DNA from: Candidatus Wolfebacteria bacterium RIFCSPLOWO2_01_FULL_47_17b | Lineage (GTDB): Bacteria > Patescibacteriota > Minisyncoccia > UBA6257 > JAGOQP01 | Direction: 5' to 3' | Assembly: GCA_001793865.1 (NCBI GenBank) | Contig: MGIS01000023.1 | Coordinates: forward strand, 60,137 to 124,136 | DNA: 64,000 bases | Shown: one piece after another, positions 35,399 through 46,269 of the stretch | Numbering within the stretch: the first letter of the stretch is position 1 | Layout of the letters: each line of letters starts with the position of its first letter | Notes under the pieces: model-generated | Told to the model about the DNA's origin: nothing | Databases searched by the model: none | What the model saw: the letters and a program-made list of their open reading frames with translations, nothing else | Made by a program: the position numbers and the translations under genes

Positions 35399-36621
35399 TA
35401 TTTCTTGAAATATTTTCTAATAAATGTTTCGTCAACCAGCTTTGTTGTTTCTTCGTTCCGCTTTTTGAACTCGATCTTTTTGCCGGTTTTGGAGCTTACC
35501 ACGAGTCGAACGGGAATTCCAATGAGGTCGCTTTCGGCAAATTTTTCACCCGCCGAAACACTTCTTTCATCATACAAGACATCGATACCCGCCTCGATCA
35601 GCTCTTTATATAATTTTTTCGCCTTTCCGTTAGTTCCCGGAAGCTCTATGAGATGCGCGTCAAACGGAGCCACTTCCGCGGGCCACACGATACCTCTATC
35701 GTCGTGCAGGGCTTCAACAATCGTTCCCATCAGCCGTGATATACCCATGCCGTAGCAGCCCATTATAACCGGATGTGTATTTCCTTTCGCATCCTTATAT
35801 GTGAGTGAAAATGGTTCGCTATATTTCGTGCCAAGACGGAATATGTTGCCGACTTCCGCTCCCTGCCGGATTGAAACTATCGCTCCGCATACCGGGCATG
35901 GCCCTCCTTCACGCGTATCGTTTATTTCCCTGTTCTGCGCAAGTCCGCATTTTTTGCAGTATACAATCTGGTCCTCGCCGCTTTCCAAGAACACCTGGAA
36001 TTCATGCGAGAATTTCGAAAATGTACCTCCCGAAGCTTCCACGAGCACCGTGTCTACACCGAGTTTTTTGAACACCTTTTTGTACGCCTTGATTGCCTGT
36101 TCGTAGTATGCATCCAAGTCCTTCGTACTCGCGTGAAACGAATAAAGGTCCTTCATTAAAAACTCCCTTCCGCGCAGAAGCCCCGATTTGGCGCGCGGTT
36201 CGTCGCGGAATTTTGTCTGAATCTGGTACAGCCCCAGCGGCAGATCTTTGTAAGAAAATATCGCTTTTTGCGCGAGCGGAGATATCACCTCTTCATGCGT
36301 GGGTCCGAGCGCGTACTCTTTTTTGTCGCGTCCAGCGATCTTAAAAAGCACATCCAGCGTCTTCCATCTTCCGGTTTTTTCCCAGTTTTCTTTGGGATGC
36401 ATGACGGGCATCAGAAGCTCATGCGCGCCGAGCGCGTCCATTTCTTTTCGCACAATACTCTCAATATTTTTCAGCACGCGGATGCCCAGCGGCAGATACG
36501 TGTACACGCCGGACGCGAGCTTGTCTACAAATCCGCCGCGGATAAGAAGACGCGCACTGACGGCCTCCTCGTCTCGAGGAGATTCCTTTCGTATAAAGTT
36601 GGGAAGCTGGGATTGCAACAT
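35398..36621 (-). CDS. proS: Prolyl-tRNA synthetase (class II, compact form)
   Basis: Class II motifs 1-3 incl. GCYGMGISRLMG, Cys cluster, C-terminal anticodon-binding domain. Confidence 0.8.
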   Translation of the reverse strand: MLQSQLPNFIRKESPRDEEAVSARLLIRGGFVDKLASGVYTYLPLGIRVLKNIESIVRKEMDALGAHELLMPVMHPKENWEKTGRWKTLDVLFKIAGRDKKEYALGPTHEEVISPLAQKAIFSYKDLPLGLYQIQTKFRDEPRAKSGLLRGREFLMKDLYSFHASTKDLDAYYEQAIKAYKKVFKKLGVDTVLVEASGGTFSKFSHEFQVFLESGEDQIVYCKKCGLAQNREINDTREGGPCPVCGAIVSIRQGAEVGNIFRLGTKYSEPFSLTYKDAKGNTHPVIMGCYGMGISRLMGTIVEALHDDRGIVWPAEVAPFDAHLIELPGTNGKAKKLYKELIEAGIDVLYDERSVSAGEKFAESDLIGIPVRLVVSSKTGKKIEFKKRNEETTKLVDETFIRKYFKK

Positions 36622-37685
36622 TAAAATATTCTACTGATATCTTGTATGCTAACAGCGATGATGAATAAAATCAAAATCGCAAACCCGATGCCGTTGAACC
36701 ACAGCTGCGTTTTCGCGCGCACGGGAGATCCCTTTATCTTTTCAATGAGAACCAAAAGTATGCGCCCTCCATCAAGCGCCGGAAATGGGAATATATTGAG
36801 TGCCGCCAGGTTCAGCGAGATAAGCGCGATGAGATGCCCCAGATAGACCAGCCCCAAATCCGCCGCCTGCGAGGTTACTTGAAATATGCCTATCGGTCCC
36901 GCGAGCCGTGAGAATAGATCTTCGCCGCTTACGACGCTTGCGATAAGCCGCGCAATGAGTATGAATATCATACTGAAAATTTCCCATGACAGCTCTAGCC
37001 CCTTGCCGATCGCCGAAAAAAAGGATTGCCGTTCAATGCCCGCCCCTTGAATCTGTATGCCTACGGGGCCTTCTCCTTGTGGAGGCGCTTCGCGCGGCAC
37101 CAGTGTTATTTCCTTTATTTCCTCTCCTCGCTGAATGCTGAACGTGAAATTCTGACCGATATGCTCATCCGTGCTTTGGATAAATGCCTCCGCGGTTTCG
37201 TACCCCATAAGGGCGTCGCCCGCCTCAAGGCCTGCTTGAGCAGCCGGGGAATCTGGCGCAATGGTGCCGACGTACGCTTGCTGAGGGATTCCCGCCATAA
37301 ATACAGCCGTCAGGAATATCCAGCCGATAATGAAGTTCATAAAAACGCCCGCCATCAGAACGAAAATTCTTTGCCAAGCCGGCTTGCTGTAAAAATATTG
37401 CTCTTCCGGTATCTGCGCGATTTGCTTTGCAGGATTGAGCCTTATCTCCTCTTCCAGCACTTCTTTCCCGTTCTCGCCCGGGATTTTTACATATCCGCCT
37501 ATCGGGATCGCGCCAACCGAAAAATTTGTCCCGTTTCTCTTTTTTGAAAAAATTTTTGGCGGGAATCCGATCGCAAATTCCTCCACATACATTTTGCACA
37601 TCCGAGCGGTCGAAAAATGCCCGTACTCGTGGGCCAAGATCAGGAAAGCCAATATAACTATGAATACTATGAGATCGACGATCAT
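36621..37685 (-). CDS. rseP: Site-2 protease RseP (M50 family) with PDZ domain
   Basis: HEYGH zinc motif at N-terminus, PDZ, C-terminal LDGG. Confidence 0.85.
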   Translation of the reverse strand: MIVDLIVFIVILAFLILAHEYGHFSTARMCKMYVEEFAIGFPPKIFSKKRNGTNFSVGAIPIGGYVKIPGENGKEVLEEEIRLNPAKQIAQIPEEQYFYSKPAWQRIFVLMAGVFMNFIIGWIFLTAVFMAGIPQQAYVGTIAPDSPAAQAGLEAGDALMGYETAEAFIQSTDEHIGQNFTFSIQRGEEIKEITLVPREAPPQGEGPVGIQIQGAGIERQSFFSAIGKGLELSWEIFSMIFILIARLIASVVSGEDLFSRLAGPIGIFQVTSQAADLGLVYLGHLIALISLNLAALNIFPFPALDGGRILLVLIEKIKGSPVRAKTQLWFNGIGFAILILFIIAVSIQDISRIF

Positions 37686-37699
37686 GGTGACGTATGGAT

Positions 37700-37856
37700 G
37701 GTTCTTAAATTTTGAATTTCGAGTTCCGAATTTCGAATCAAATCCTAATGTATTAATTTCGAAACTTCAGTCATTCATCCGCCAGCTGGCGGATCGCGGA
37801 TTGAATCGAAATTCAAAATTAGAAATTAGAAATTATTTTATATCCGCTGGTACATA
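37700..37856. repeat. Second copy of the ~60-bp palindromic element around TCCGCCAGCTGGCGGA (core 37778-37793) with 7-nt duplication and GAAATTA/GAATTTCGA tandem repeats; rseP-frr spacer
   Basis: aatttcgaaacttcagtcattcatccgccagctggcggatcgcggattgaatcgaaatt. Confidence 0.85.
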
Positions 37857-38402
37857 TTATTCATTAATTTCAATTTCTTTTTTCTTCAACATATCGTCAA
37901 TCGTGGCGTTGAATTCCTCCATCTGTTTTTGCATTGTTTCCTGTAGTTCGAATTTATCGTCTTCGGTCATATCACCGCTCTTTTCCTTCGCGCCAATTTC
38001 TTTTTTGATTTCATCTCTGATGGTGCGCGATTTGATCCGCGCTTCTTCGGCTTTGGATCTGATTACCTTCAAAAGTTCTTCACGCCGCTCCTGCGTGAGC
38101 TGGGGCAGGTTGGCATGAATGATATTTCCTTCGCGTGCCGCCTGCAGATTCAGCTTGTCAGATATCGCTTTGGCAACCGCGTCCGCCGCGCTCCCGTCCC
38201 ACACGCTCACCTGCACCTCGCGGGGTGGGATAACCGAAATGGAACCCAGTTGTTTAATGGGCAGCCTTTGGCCAAAATATTCCACCTGAATATCCTCCAC
38301 CAGCGCGGGTGAGGGCCTTGATCCGCGTATCGACGAGATCTCGTCTCTGAAAAACTTCATTATCTCCGCAAGCTTTTGTTTAAGTTGTTCTGAAAAATCC
38401 AT
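37857..38402 (-). CDS. frr: Ribosome recycling factor
   Basis: 181 aa, RRF signature. Confidence 0.88.
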   Translation of the reverse strand: MDFSEQLKQKLAEIMKFFRDEISSIRGSRPSPALVEDIQVEYFGQRLPIKQLGSISVIPPREVQVSVWDGSAADAVAKAISDKLNLQAAREGNIIHANLPQLTQERREELLKVIRSKAEEARIKSRTIRDEIKKEIGAKEKSGDMTEDDKFELQETMQKQMEEFNATIDDMLKKKEIEINE

Positions 38403-38476
38403 GAGAAATATAATGCTAATCTCAAATGCGTATGCGAATGATACTAATAAAAAGCCAAAAATACAAATGCCCGTTC

Positions 38477-38578
38477 ACCCCCACACCATAACGAGTATGG
38501 CACTGCGTGCTTTGTGAAAATAACACTCGTTTGGTGTGGGGGAAATAAAATCCCCCGCACAAGACGCGGGATTTTTAT
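38477..38578. terminator. Inverted repeat CCCCCACACCATAACGAGT...ACTCGTTTGGTGTGGGGG followed by hairpin TCCCCCGC-ACAAGAC-GCGGGA and T-run
   Basis: Two consecutive stem-loops after stop of 38575..39642; second has U-tract. Confidence 0.55.
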
Positions 38579-39642
38579 TGAGTCAATATGACTCTCCCTC
38601 CTCCCATAAAGTAAGATTGCCACAGTGGGCGGGGGTAGGGCACTTCACGAACGCTCCATTCAACGCCCGCATATGAACTTGTGTAGAGACGACCGGCGGA
38701 GAGGATGTAAATGTTTCCATCCTGCACGCCAAATGTGTCTATAGCGTTTGCAAGCAATGGAATTTGGTCATACAGCGCAAAGCTCGCTCCGGAATTGGTG
38801 CTGCGATATATGCCGCTTTTGGTGCGAATGTATATCGCTCCCCGTTCGTCATCGGCAAATTGCAGAATAGATGCGGCTGAAAAGAGACTCCCGCCCGGAA
38901 TGCGCACCCGGCGAAAATCACCGTATGGCCCCGCTCCCCTATAGAGCGTTCCATTTTTGAGCAGAATATACATGAAATTATCCGATGCGTACGTGATGCC
39001 GGTTACCTGCTGATCAAATTCCGAAAGCGTCTCAAACACCTTTTTGGTCAAGTTGTAGCGTAAAAGCTGACCGTTGGACATGCCGATGTACACGTCATCT
39101 CCAAAAAGATACATAGCGTATACCGCCTCCCTTTGGAAGTCGGTTATTTTTTCGATGGTAAAGAAATCGTTATCGGTTCTGTACAGGGCTCCTCTGCTGT
39201 TTTCATATACGCTTATGAAATATTCTCCTTGCGATTTTCCTTCAATGACGTCGAGTATGATCGCTTCCGAAGAAAAGTTGGACCTAGGTTTGTAGTTGAG
39301 TCCTCCGTCCAAACTCACGAAAAGTCCCCGAGTAGTCCCGATGAATATTGTTTTTCCGTTTTGTGCAGTGCGAACGTTCGTAATTCTTGCTCCTCCTGCG
39401 TCCTTAATGCGGACCGGATGTATATTCTGTAAATTATCATATGATGCGTAAAAAACCATCTCACCTTCGGCTCCGTCATCACTGCGAGCAGATCCCACAA
39501 CCGAAAGCACATTTGCAGAAAGTGATCCCCCCGTGCCTCCGCCAAACGCGTCGAGCACTCCCGGCTGGATTATGGAAAACGCAAAAAAGACGCCGATGGC
39601 GCCTATGGCGAGCAGTATGATGAATTTTACTGTATCGTCCAT
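38575..39642 (-). CDS. Hypothetical exported protein, probable beta-propeller
   Basis: N-terminal TM/signal, repeated G/S/T-rich beta-strand segments; no specific motif. Confidence 0.45.
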   Translation of the reverse strand: MDDTVKFIILLAIGAIGVFFAFSIIQPGVLDAFGGGTGGSLSANVLSVVGSARSDDGAEGEMVFYASYDNLQNIHPVRIKDAGGARITNVRTAQNGKTIFIGTTRGLFVSLDGGLNYKPRSNFSSEAIILDVIEGKSQGEYFISVYENSRGALYRTDNDFFTIEKITDFQREAVYAMYLFGDDVYIGMSNGQLLRYNLTKKVFETLSEFDQQVTGITYASDNFMYILLKNGTLYRGAGPYGDFRRVRIPGGSLFSAASILQFADDERGAIYIRTKSGIYRSTNSGASFALYDQIPLLANAIDTFGVQDGNIYILSAGRLYTSSYAGVEWSVREVPYPRPLWQSYFMGGGRVILTQ

Positions 39643-40487
39643 AAGAGCTTTTTTATATGAATTCTTTTTTGTATGGTGACGGTCTGCAGATTATACGCGA
39701 ATTCACTCAATTCTTTTAAAACACTCGCGTGCTTCTTGGGATCAAGCATACCTGCCAACGACTCTATAAACAGCTCCGTGTTGTGCGGATGTTCGTTGAA
39801 AAATTCGATAATCTCATCGGAAACGTTTTTCTTGTTGGTCGTCGATGAGGCTCGAATCGCCTGTTTAGCAAGTTTCGTGGCCGTGTGCAAGGCCGAACCT
39901 TGACCATTTTGTGCTTCGGCAAAGGTTCTAGCCCGTCCGACACGCCCACGTGCTGTATCCGCAATTTCAAGTTTCCTGTCTTGCATTATATCATACTGGT
40001 CTAAAAAGTCAAGTACCTCCTCCCGGGGCAGGATTGGCATAAACACCAGCTGGAATCGTGATCGCACTGCCGGCAGAAATATGTCCGAGTCGGTAGCAGT
40101 TGCAAGTATTATCCCCGACTTAGGCGGCTCCTCCAGTATTTTTAGAAGCGCATTCTGCGCCTGATCCGTGAGCCACTGCGCATCCCTAATAATGGCGATT
40201 CGATAGGAGGGCTTGCCCTCCGTAGCCTTGGCGGAGGAGGGGGTCTGGTAGAGAAAATGCTCAAGCTCACGTACTTTTTCTATACCGACACTCTCTTTGT
40301 CGCTTCCTTCTTCTGCTGAAAAATCTACCGTGAGTATGTCGCTTGGATGGGCAATCTTTGCCGCAAGCTCCCGCGCAAACAAAAACTTTCCTATCTGCGG
40401 TTCGCCGTAGAAAAGGTAGGTATGTGAGAGGTTGCCCCCTTCAATAAGCCGATCAAAATCCTTTTGCAGTGATTCGTATCCGAACAT
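39627..40487 (-). CDS. holB: DNA polymerase III delta-prime subunit
   Basis: AAA+ clamp-loader fold, HTYLFYGEPQIGKF Walker A variant, 286 aa. Confidence 0.7.
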   Translation of the reverse strand: MFGYESLQKDFDRLIEGGNLSHTYLFYGEPQIGKFLFARELAAKIAHPSDILTVDFSAEEGSDKESVGIEKVRELEHFLYQTPSSAKATEGKPSYRIAIIRDAQWLTDQAQNALLKILEEPPKSGIILATATDSDIFLPAVRSRFQLVFMPILPREEVLDFLDQYDIMQDRKLEIADTARGRVGRARTFAEAQNGQGSALHTATKLAKQAIRASSTTNKKNVSDEIIEFFNEHPHNTELFIESLAGMLDPKKHASVLKELSEFAYNLQTVTIQKRIHIKKLLWTIQ

Positions 40488-41530
40488 TATTTTTTATTCA
40501 AAAGTGTGCGCTTGTAGACATCCAGATGGCTCAGGATGAGTCCGGTGCCTTTGGCAACGCATAGCAGCGGCTCTTCCGCGACGTACGCCTGCACGCCCAG
40601 CGCTTTTTTGAAAAACGAGGTGAGGTTTTCTATCTGCGCGCCGCCGCCCGAAAGCACGATCCCCTTTTCCATAATGTCGGCAACAAGTTCTGGAGGCGTT
40701 TGGTTGAACACCTGTTGAACATTTTTTGCAATCTCCAGAAGGTAGGGATGCAGAGCTTCGGCCACTTCATTTGAATTTATAGTCAGGTCTTTTGGGAGTC
40801 CCGAGGACACATCTCGTCCCCGAACCTGATATTCTTTTTTGGAACGTGTGGTCATCGCGGAGCTTATGGCGATTTTGAGGTTCTCGGCTGTTTGTTCGCC
40901 GATAATAAGCGAGTATTTTTTCTTGATGTATTCCATTATCGCCTCATCAAATCGATTACCTGCTATGCGCAAGCTTGCCCACGACACGATACCACCCAAC
41001 GACACCACCGCCACTTCCGCTGTCCCTCCGCCGATATTCACAATCATATTGCCCGAATGCGTGTTGATAGGAATGCCCGCGCCAAGCGCTGCAAGTATCG
41101 GCTCTTTGACAATATGCGCCGCTTTCGCGCCCGCTTCCACTGCGGCATTCACAACCGCCCGGCGCTCGGTCTGCGTGATGCCCGCGGGAACCGATATGAC
41201 CACATCGGGCTTCATAAACGCGTTGAACGAACCCACTGCCTTTGAAATAAAGTATTTCAAAAGAGCTTTGGTGATGTAGTAGTCGGCAATCACGCCGTCT
41301 TTGAGCGGTTTGTACGCAATGATGTCTGCCGGGGTTTTCCCGATCATATCTTTCGCCTCACGGCCGACGGCAAGCACGTTGTTGTCGGGCACGCTGAGCG
41401 CAACAATAGTCGGTTCGTTTATGACAAAACCCTTGGTGGGCACGAATACAACCGTATTTGCGGTTCCAAGATCAACACCGATTTTTTTGGTAAATAGAGG
41501 CATAACGTAATACGAATCTACAAATCGCAC
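40487..41530 (-). CDS. Second MreB/Mbl-family actin homologue
   Basis: KIGVDLGTANTVVF, full actin fold, 347 aa. Confidence 0.85.
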   Translation of the reverse strand: MRFVDSYYVMPLFTKKIGVDLGTANTVVFVPTKGFVINEPTIVALSVPDNNVLAVGREAKDMIGKTPADIIAYKPLKDGVIADYYITKALLKYFISKAVGSFNAFMKPDVVISVPAGITQTERRAVVNAAVEAGAKAAHIVKEPILAALGAGIPINTHSGNMIVNIGGGTAEVAVVSLGGIVSWASLRIAGNRFDEAIMEYIKKKYSLIIGEQTAENLKIAISSAMTTRSKKEYQVRGRDVSSGLPKDLTINSNEVAEALHPYLLEIAKNVQQVFNQTPPELVADIMEKGIVLSGGGAQIENLTSFFKKALGVQAYVAEEPLLCVAKGTGLILSHLDVYKRTLLNKK

Positions 41531-41618
41531 TCATTCTACGAATAATCAAATAAAAAAGCAAACCATTCTGAAACGCAACCTCTTTATACAGTATGCGGTA
41601 TGCGGTATACTCGCTTGT

Positions 41619-42887
41619 ATGACTCTACGCACCCGCAGAAAGCTGTTCGTCTTTTTTATATTTCTGTTTATTTTGGCAAGCGTCGGCACGGTATATTACA
41701 CGCAGGGTTATCGTTTTGATTTTCAGGAATGGAAACCAACCCGTACCGGCTCGCTCTATGTGGAGTCGTACATCCGCCCCGTGTCTATTTTTCTCAACGA
41801 TAAACAGCACGACGACCGATCGGGCCTTTTGAAACGTGGCACGCTTATTTCGAGCGTTATCCCAAAAAAATACACGGTGCGCATTGAAAAAGAAGGTTTT
41901 ATACCGTATGAAAAAAATATTGATATACGTGAATCCCGCGTGGTACGGCTCTATTATGTACTGCCCGTTCCTGAAAATCTTCGTCCTTCCGCTACGTTTC
42001 CCGTTGCCGATGCGCTGCGGCTCGTAGACTCGAATGAGTCGGGAAAGGTGCTTGTTGAAGGAACGGGCTCGTACACCGTACTTGATATGCTATCTCCTGG
42101 GGCGCCGCTCGCGCTCGATCCCTACCTTGCGTCGCTTACCCGCAACGCCTATAGCGGCTTTCGGTTCCAGCGCGGGACGTCCGATGGGCTTATCGGGCTT
42201 CGAGAGGAGTCGGTTGACGTCATTCGTATCGGGGCCGATGCTATTTCCGTATTACTGCGTAATACATTCGACGGTTTTTTCGTCGGCGGCCGGAATCTTT
42301 TCGGCTTTGTTGCTTCCTCTCCGGGCGCGGGACAGGCTTCATCGACGGTGTTCGTGCATGATTTACGCACCGGTTCCCGCTTGGACACGTTCGATGTTCC
42401 CTTTGAAGCGAGTGACGTTGTTCGCGCTGAAGGATTCGATTTACGATACCTGTTTCTTCTTTCCAACGGCGACGTATGGGTTCGCGAGGATGGTGAATTC
42501 CAAAAAATTGCGCACGATGCCGTATTTGGCGCGCTTTCGCCGGATGGCTATAAGGTGCTGTATCAGGACTCGGGAGGATCCGTGTTCGTATACATGCTTC
42601 GCGATGAATTTGAGGCACTTGACCTGCCGGCGCGTTCCACAACACGCGTACAACTTGCCGATGCCGCGGAGGCGCGCGACTTGCAATGGCATGCCGATTC
42701 CTATCATATATTTGCCGGCTTCAGAGACAAAATCGTATTAAGTGAGATCATCCGGGGCGAACCTACCAATCAGCCCGCTGTCTGGCAGGGGCCGTATGAT
42801 TCCTTTTTGCATGATGCGCAATCGGGAGGGTTATTCGTTTTGCGAGACGGAGTTATTTCGCGCTTTGATGCGTGGTATAACAAATAG
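41619..42887 (+). CDS. Membrane-anchored PEGA-domain protein
   Basis: N-terminal TM; KKYTVRIEKEGFIPYEKNIDI resembles PEGA motif. Confidence 0.5.
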   Translation: MTLRTRRKLFVFFIFLFILASVGTVYYTQGYRFDFQEWKPTRTGSLYVESYIRPVSIFLNDKQHDDRSGLLKRGTLISSVIPKKYTVRIEKEGFIPYEKNIDIRESRVVRLYYVLPVPENLRPSATFPVADALRLVDSNESGKVLVEGTGSYTVLDMLSPGAPLALDPYLASLTRNAYSGFRFQRGTSDGLIGLREESVDVIRIGADAISVLLRNTFDGFFVGGRNLFGFVASSPGAGQASSTVFVHDLRTGSRLDTFDVPFEASDVVRAEGFDLRYLFLLSNGDVWVREDGEFQKIAHDAVFGALSPDGYKVLYQDSGGSVFVYMLRDEFEALDLPARSTTRVQLADAAEARDLQWHADSYHIFAGFRDKIVLSEIIRGEPTNQPAVWQGPYDSFLHDAQSGGLFVLRDGVISRFDAWYNK

Positions 42888-43277
42888 CACAATCGCGGCG
42901 TACAAGACCGCTCCTACAATATCCATGCACAAATCACCAAGCGTATCCCGAACGCTCACCTGCGCGAACCCTTCGAATCCTTCCAGTTGCCCGAGAACAA
43001 ACTCAAGAAATTCCCACAGTACTCCCATGAAGCTTCCGAAAATTCCGGTAAGACCGGCAAGCTTGAGTCGTTCAATCGTGTGAGCGTACAGATCGGGCAG
43101 TATGTAACCTCTCCCCAGAAATAGGAATAAAGCTCCAGCCCATGCTCCTCCCAACAGGTGCATTGGAATATCTATCCACGGAGCAAGATCAAACCAGCCG
43201 AAGATGATCGCCAATACATAGAGGACAAAAAGTATTCCGAATAAGTAGATAACAGGCCGTATAGTTCCAATGTTCAT
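42831..43277 (-). CDS. Hypothetical membrane protein
   Basis: 4 TM helices, 148 aa. Confidence 0.45.
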   Translation of the reverse strand: MNIGTIRPVIYLFGILFVLYVLAIIFGWFDLAPWIDIPMHLLGGAWAGALFLFLGRGYILPDLYAHTIERLKLAGLTGIFGSFMGVLWEFLEFVLGQLEGFEGFAQVSVRDTLGDLCMDIVGAVLYAAIVLFVIPRIKARNNSVSQNE

Positions 43278-43286
43278 GGGAAAGGT

Positions 43287-43350
43287 TTTAGTGGTTAGTG
43301 GTTAGGGATTAGTGTTTTATTAACAACTAACACCTGATCCCTAATCCCTC
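43287..43350. repeat. TTAGGGATTAG / CTAATCCCT palindromic leader element, copy b
   Basis: gtggttagtggttagggattagtg...aactaacacctgatccctaatccct. Confidence 0.7.
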
Positions 43351-43352
43351 TT

Positions 43353-43778
43353 CTATCTTTTGCTCCACTGTGGTGCTCGGCGCGCTTTCTTAAGTCCGTA
43401 TTTCTTGCGTTCCACCATGCGCGCGTCGCGAGTCAGGTAGCCGAATTTTTTGAGCTTTTTACGAAGATCTGGCTGGAGCAGAACAAGCGCCCGCGCAATA
43501 CCGTGCCGGATAGCTTCCGCCTGCGCGTTAAACCCGCCTCCCTGCACATGCGTTGATATCTCGAACGAATCAAGTAAATCCGTCTTTTCAAGCGGGCTTT
43601 GTACCTTTTTTTGCAGTGTGGCAAGCGGGAAATACTCCTGCATCTTTTTTTCATTCACGACGATTCCTCCTTTGCTTGATGCCTTTTTTGCATCGGAGAG
43701 GCGTACGCGAGCTACCGCCGTTTTTCGCCGCCCTACCGTCTCTGTATATTTTTCTTTTTTTACTGTTGTTTTTGTCAT
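43353..43778 (-). CDS. rpsI: 30S ribosomal protein S9
   Basis: C-terminal GYLTRDARMVERKKYGLKKARRAPQWSKR signature. Confidence 0.9.
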   Translation of the reverse strand: MTKTTVKKEKYTETVGRRKTAVARVRLSDAKKASSKGGIVVNEKKMQEYFPLATLQKKVQSPLEKTDLLDSFEISTHVQGGGFNAQAEAIRHGIARALVLLQPDLRKKLKKFGYLTRDARMVERKKYGLKKARRAPQWSKR

Positions 43779-43780
43779 AT

Positions 43781-44122
43781 TTATGCAAATTTCATTCGCT
43801 TGATTCGTTTTGCCTGTAATTTATTCTTGGGCAGCATCCGCAGTACCGCGTGGCGGAGTACGTATTTTTTTCCGTGCTTTGCAATCACATCCTGTAGCTT
43901 CCGTTCTTTCAGGTGGCCAATCTGCGTGGTATGCGAATAGTATTTCTTCTGCTCCAGCTTGCTTCCGCTCAGTTCGATTTTATCCACATTCTGCACCACA
44001 ACCGTATCCACACCCTCAAGGCGCGGGTCGTATTCCGGCTCTTTTTTCCCTTGCAGGATGGTGGCTATCTCTGAAGCAACTCTGCCTAGTCTTTTGTTTT
44101 TACAATCGATAGTATATTCCAT
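43781..44122 (-). CDS. rplM: 50S ribosomal protein L13
   Basis: L13 signature; start trimmed to avoid overlap with fusA stop. Confidence 0.85.
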   Translation of the reverse strand: MEYTIDCKNKRLGRVASEIATILQGKKEPEYDPRLEGVDTVVVQNVDKIELSGSKLEQKKYYSHTTQIGHLKERKLQDVIAKHGKKYVLRHAVLRMLPKNKLQAKRIKRMKFA

Positions 44123-44123
44123 A

Positions 44124-46268
44124 TTATTTTTTCCCCTCAACTATTTGCGCCTCGATATTCTTTGGCACTTCTTCATAATGGCTGAATTCCATCGTGAATG
44201 TGCCGCGGCCCTGCGTGATGGAACGAATTTTCGTCGCGTAGCCGAACATTTCAGATAATGGCACCATCGCGTCGATTACCTTCATCATACCACGATCGCT
44301 CATTTCTTCTATCTTTCCCCGTTTTGAGCTCAGGTCTCCCGTCGCGTCACCCAAGAAATCAGGTGGCACGATGACCTGCACCCGCATAATGGGTTCCAGC
44401 AGTACCGGCGATGAAGATTTTACCGCGTCCTGCAATGCCAGAGATCCTGCTATTTTAAATGCTGCCTCGGATGAGTCAACCTCGTGGAACGATCCGTCAT
44501 ACAGCGCTACTTCCATATCCACCAGCTGGTAGCCTGCTACAATGCCCTTTGCCATCGCTTCCTTGATTCCTTTTTCGATCGCCGGAATAAATTCCTGCGG
44601 GATAACTCCTCCTCTGATCTGGTTCAGAAATTCAAATCCTTTGCCTCGCTCAAGCGGCCGCACTTTGATTTTCGCGTGTCCGTACTGACCGCGGCCTCCG
44701 GACTGGCGGATGTATTTGCCTTCCGCTTCCGCGCTTGCCTTGATTGTTTCCTTATACGATACCTGTGGGCGCCCCACGTTTGCTTCTACGCCAAATTCCC
44801 GCTTCATGCGGTCCACGAGGATTTCCAGATGCAGTTCGCCCATCCCCCAAATAATTGTTTCGCCTGTTTCCGAATTTCCGGTAACACGGAATGTCGGATC
44901 TTCGTCCGCGAGCCGTTTAAGAGACAGACCCAGCTTTTCCTGGTCTGCTTTTGTCTTTGGCTCAATGCGCAAGTTTATAACCGGTTCGGGGAACGTGATC
45001 GTTTCAAGCGTAATAGGATGCTCGGGGTCGCACAGCGTGTCCCCGGTGGTGGTGTTTTTAAGACCCACAATGGCGCCGAGGTCTCCGGTGTGCATTTCTT
45101 CCACGTCTTCACGATGATTCGCGTGCATGCGCACGATACGGCCAATGCGTTCCTGCGAATCTTTGGTAGCGTTCAGAATATACGATCCTTTTTTCAATAC
45201 GCCGCTATACACGCGGAAATATGTCAGGTTCCCCACGAAGGGGTCTGTTGCTATTTTAAATGCCATGGCGGTCAGCGGCTCGTTGTCGCTAGGCTGTCGT
45301 ATGACGTCGGTGCCACTCTTCTGGTCAAGCCCTTTAATCGGTTTTGATTCCGCTATATCCAGTGGCGAGGGCAGATAATCAACCACACCATCCAAAAGCA
45401 GCTGCACGCCCTTGTTTTTAAGCGCGCTGCCGCAGAACACAGGCACCAATTTATTATCAATCGTCGCTTTACGAAGCACCTTCTTTAGATCCGCGACTGG
45501 GATTTCTTCTCCCGCAAGATATTTTTCCATCATTGTCTCGTCGTGCTCGACTATTTTTTCAATAAGCTGAGCGCGCGCTTTTTTCACTTCATCCTGCATA
45601 CCATCCGGGATCGGAATTTCTTCAAGAATTTCTCCGTTGCTTCCGCTTGTACTGAACGCTTTCAGTTCTATAAGATCAACAACCCCTGAGAAATTTTCTT
45701 CGGCCCCAATGGGCAATTGCACCGGAATCGCGTTGGGCGTAAGCCGCTCAAGTATGGATCGATATGAAAAATCAAAACTGGCTCCGGTACGGTCCATTTT
45801 ATTCAAAAAACAAATGCGCGGCACACTATACTTATCCGCCTGGTGCCATACCGTTTCGGACTGCGGCTCCACTCCCGACACGCTATCAAACACCGTTACA
45901 CCTCCGTCAAGCACGCGCAGTGAGCGTTCCACTTCGGCGGTAAAGTCCACGTGGCCCGGCGTGTCGATGATATTGATACGATGCTCGTGCTCATCTCGGA
46001 TTTTCATTTTCTCTTCGTCGGTTTTCGCGTTACGAAGTTCGTAGCGTGGCGTCCAAAAACAGGTCGTCGCGGCGGAGGTAATGGTAATGCCGCGTTCACG
46101 CTCCTGCTCCATCCAGTCCATAACGGCGGCTCCTTCGTGCACCTCTCCTATTTTGTGCGAAATGCCCGTATAAAAAAGTATGCGCTCGGAAACGGTCGTC
46201 TTTCCCGCGTCAATGTGAGCTATGATGCCTATATTACGATATTTTTCCAAAGGATACTGTTTGAACAT
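44124..46268 (-). CDS. fusA: Elongation factor G
   Basis: G1-G5 GTPase motifs ([18 protein letters not shown]), 714 aa. Confidence 0.95.
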   Translation of the reverse strand: MFKQYPLEKYRNIGIIAHIDAGKTTVSERILFYTGISHKIGEVHEGAAVMDWMEQERERGITITSAATTCFWTPRYELRNAKTDEEKMKIRDEHEHRINIIDTPGHVDFTAEVERSLRVLDGGVTVFDSVSGVEPQSETVWHQADKYSVPRICFLNKMDRTGASFDFSYRSILERLTPNAIPVQLPIGAEENFSGVVDLIELKAFSTSGSNGEILEEIPIPDGMQDEVKKARAQLIEKIVEHDETMMEKYLAGEEIPVADLKKVLRKATIDNKLVPVFCGSALKNKGVQLLLDGVVDYLPSPLDIAESKPIKGLDQKSGTDVIRQPSDNEPLTAMAFKIATDPFVGNLTYFRVYSGVLKKGSYILNATKDSQERIGRIVRMHANHREDVEEMHTGDLGAIVGLKNTTTGDTLCDPEHPITLETITFPEPVINLRIEPKTKADQEKLGLSLKRLADEDPTFRVTGNSETGETIIWGMGELHLEILVDRMKREFGVEANVGRPQVSYKETIKASAEAEGKYIRQSGGRGQYGHAKIKVRPLERGKGFEFLNQIRGGVIPQEFIPAIEKGIKEAMAKGIVAGYQLVDMEVALYDGSFHEVDSSEAAFKIAGSLALQDAVKSSSPVLLEPIMRVQVIVPPDFLGDATGDLSSKRGKIEEMSDRGMMKVIDAMVPLSEMFGYATKIRSITQGRGTFTMEFSHYEEVPKNIEAQIVEGKK

Positions 46269-46269
46269 A

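Noticed and set aside
36268-36637. Plus-strand ORFs overlapping proS/rseP (36268..36624, 36299..36637) and similar antisense ORFs throughout (e.g. 44484..45347 in fusA, 51652..52279 in the hydrolase gene)
   Set aside because: Antisense to strongly supported genes; Pro/Arg-rich or low-complexity products typical of spurious frames
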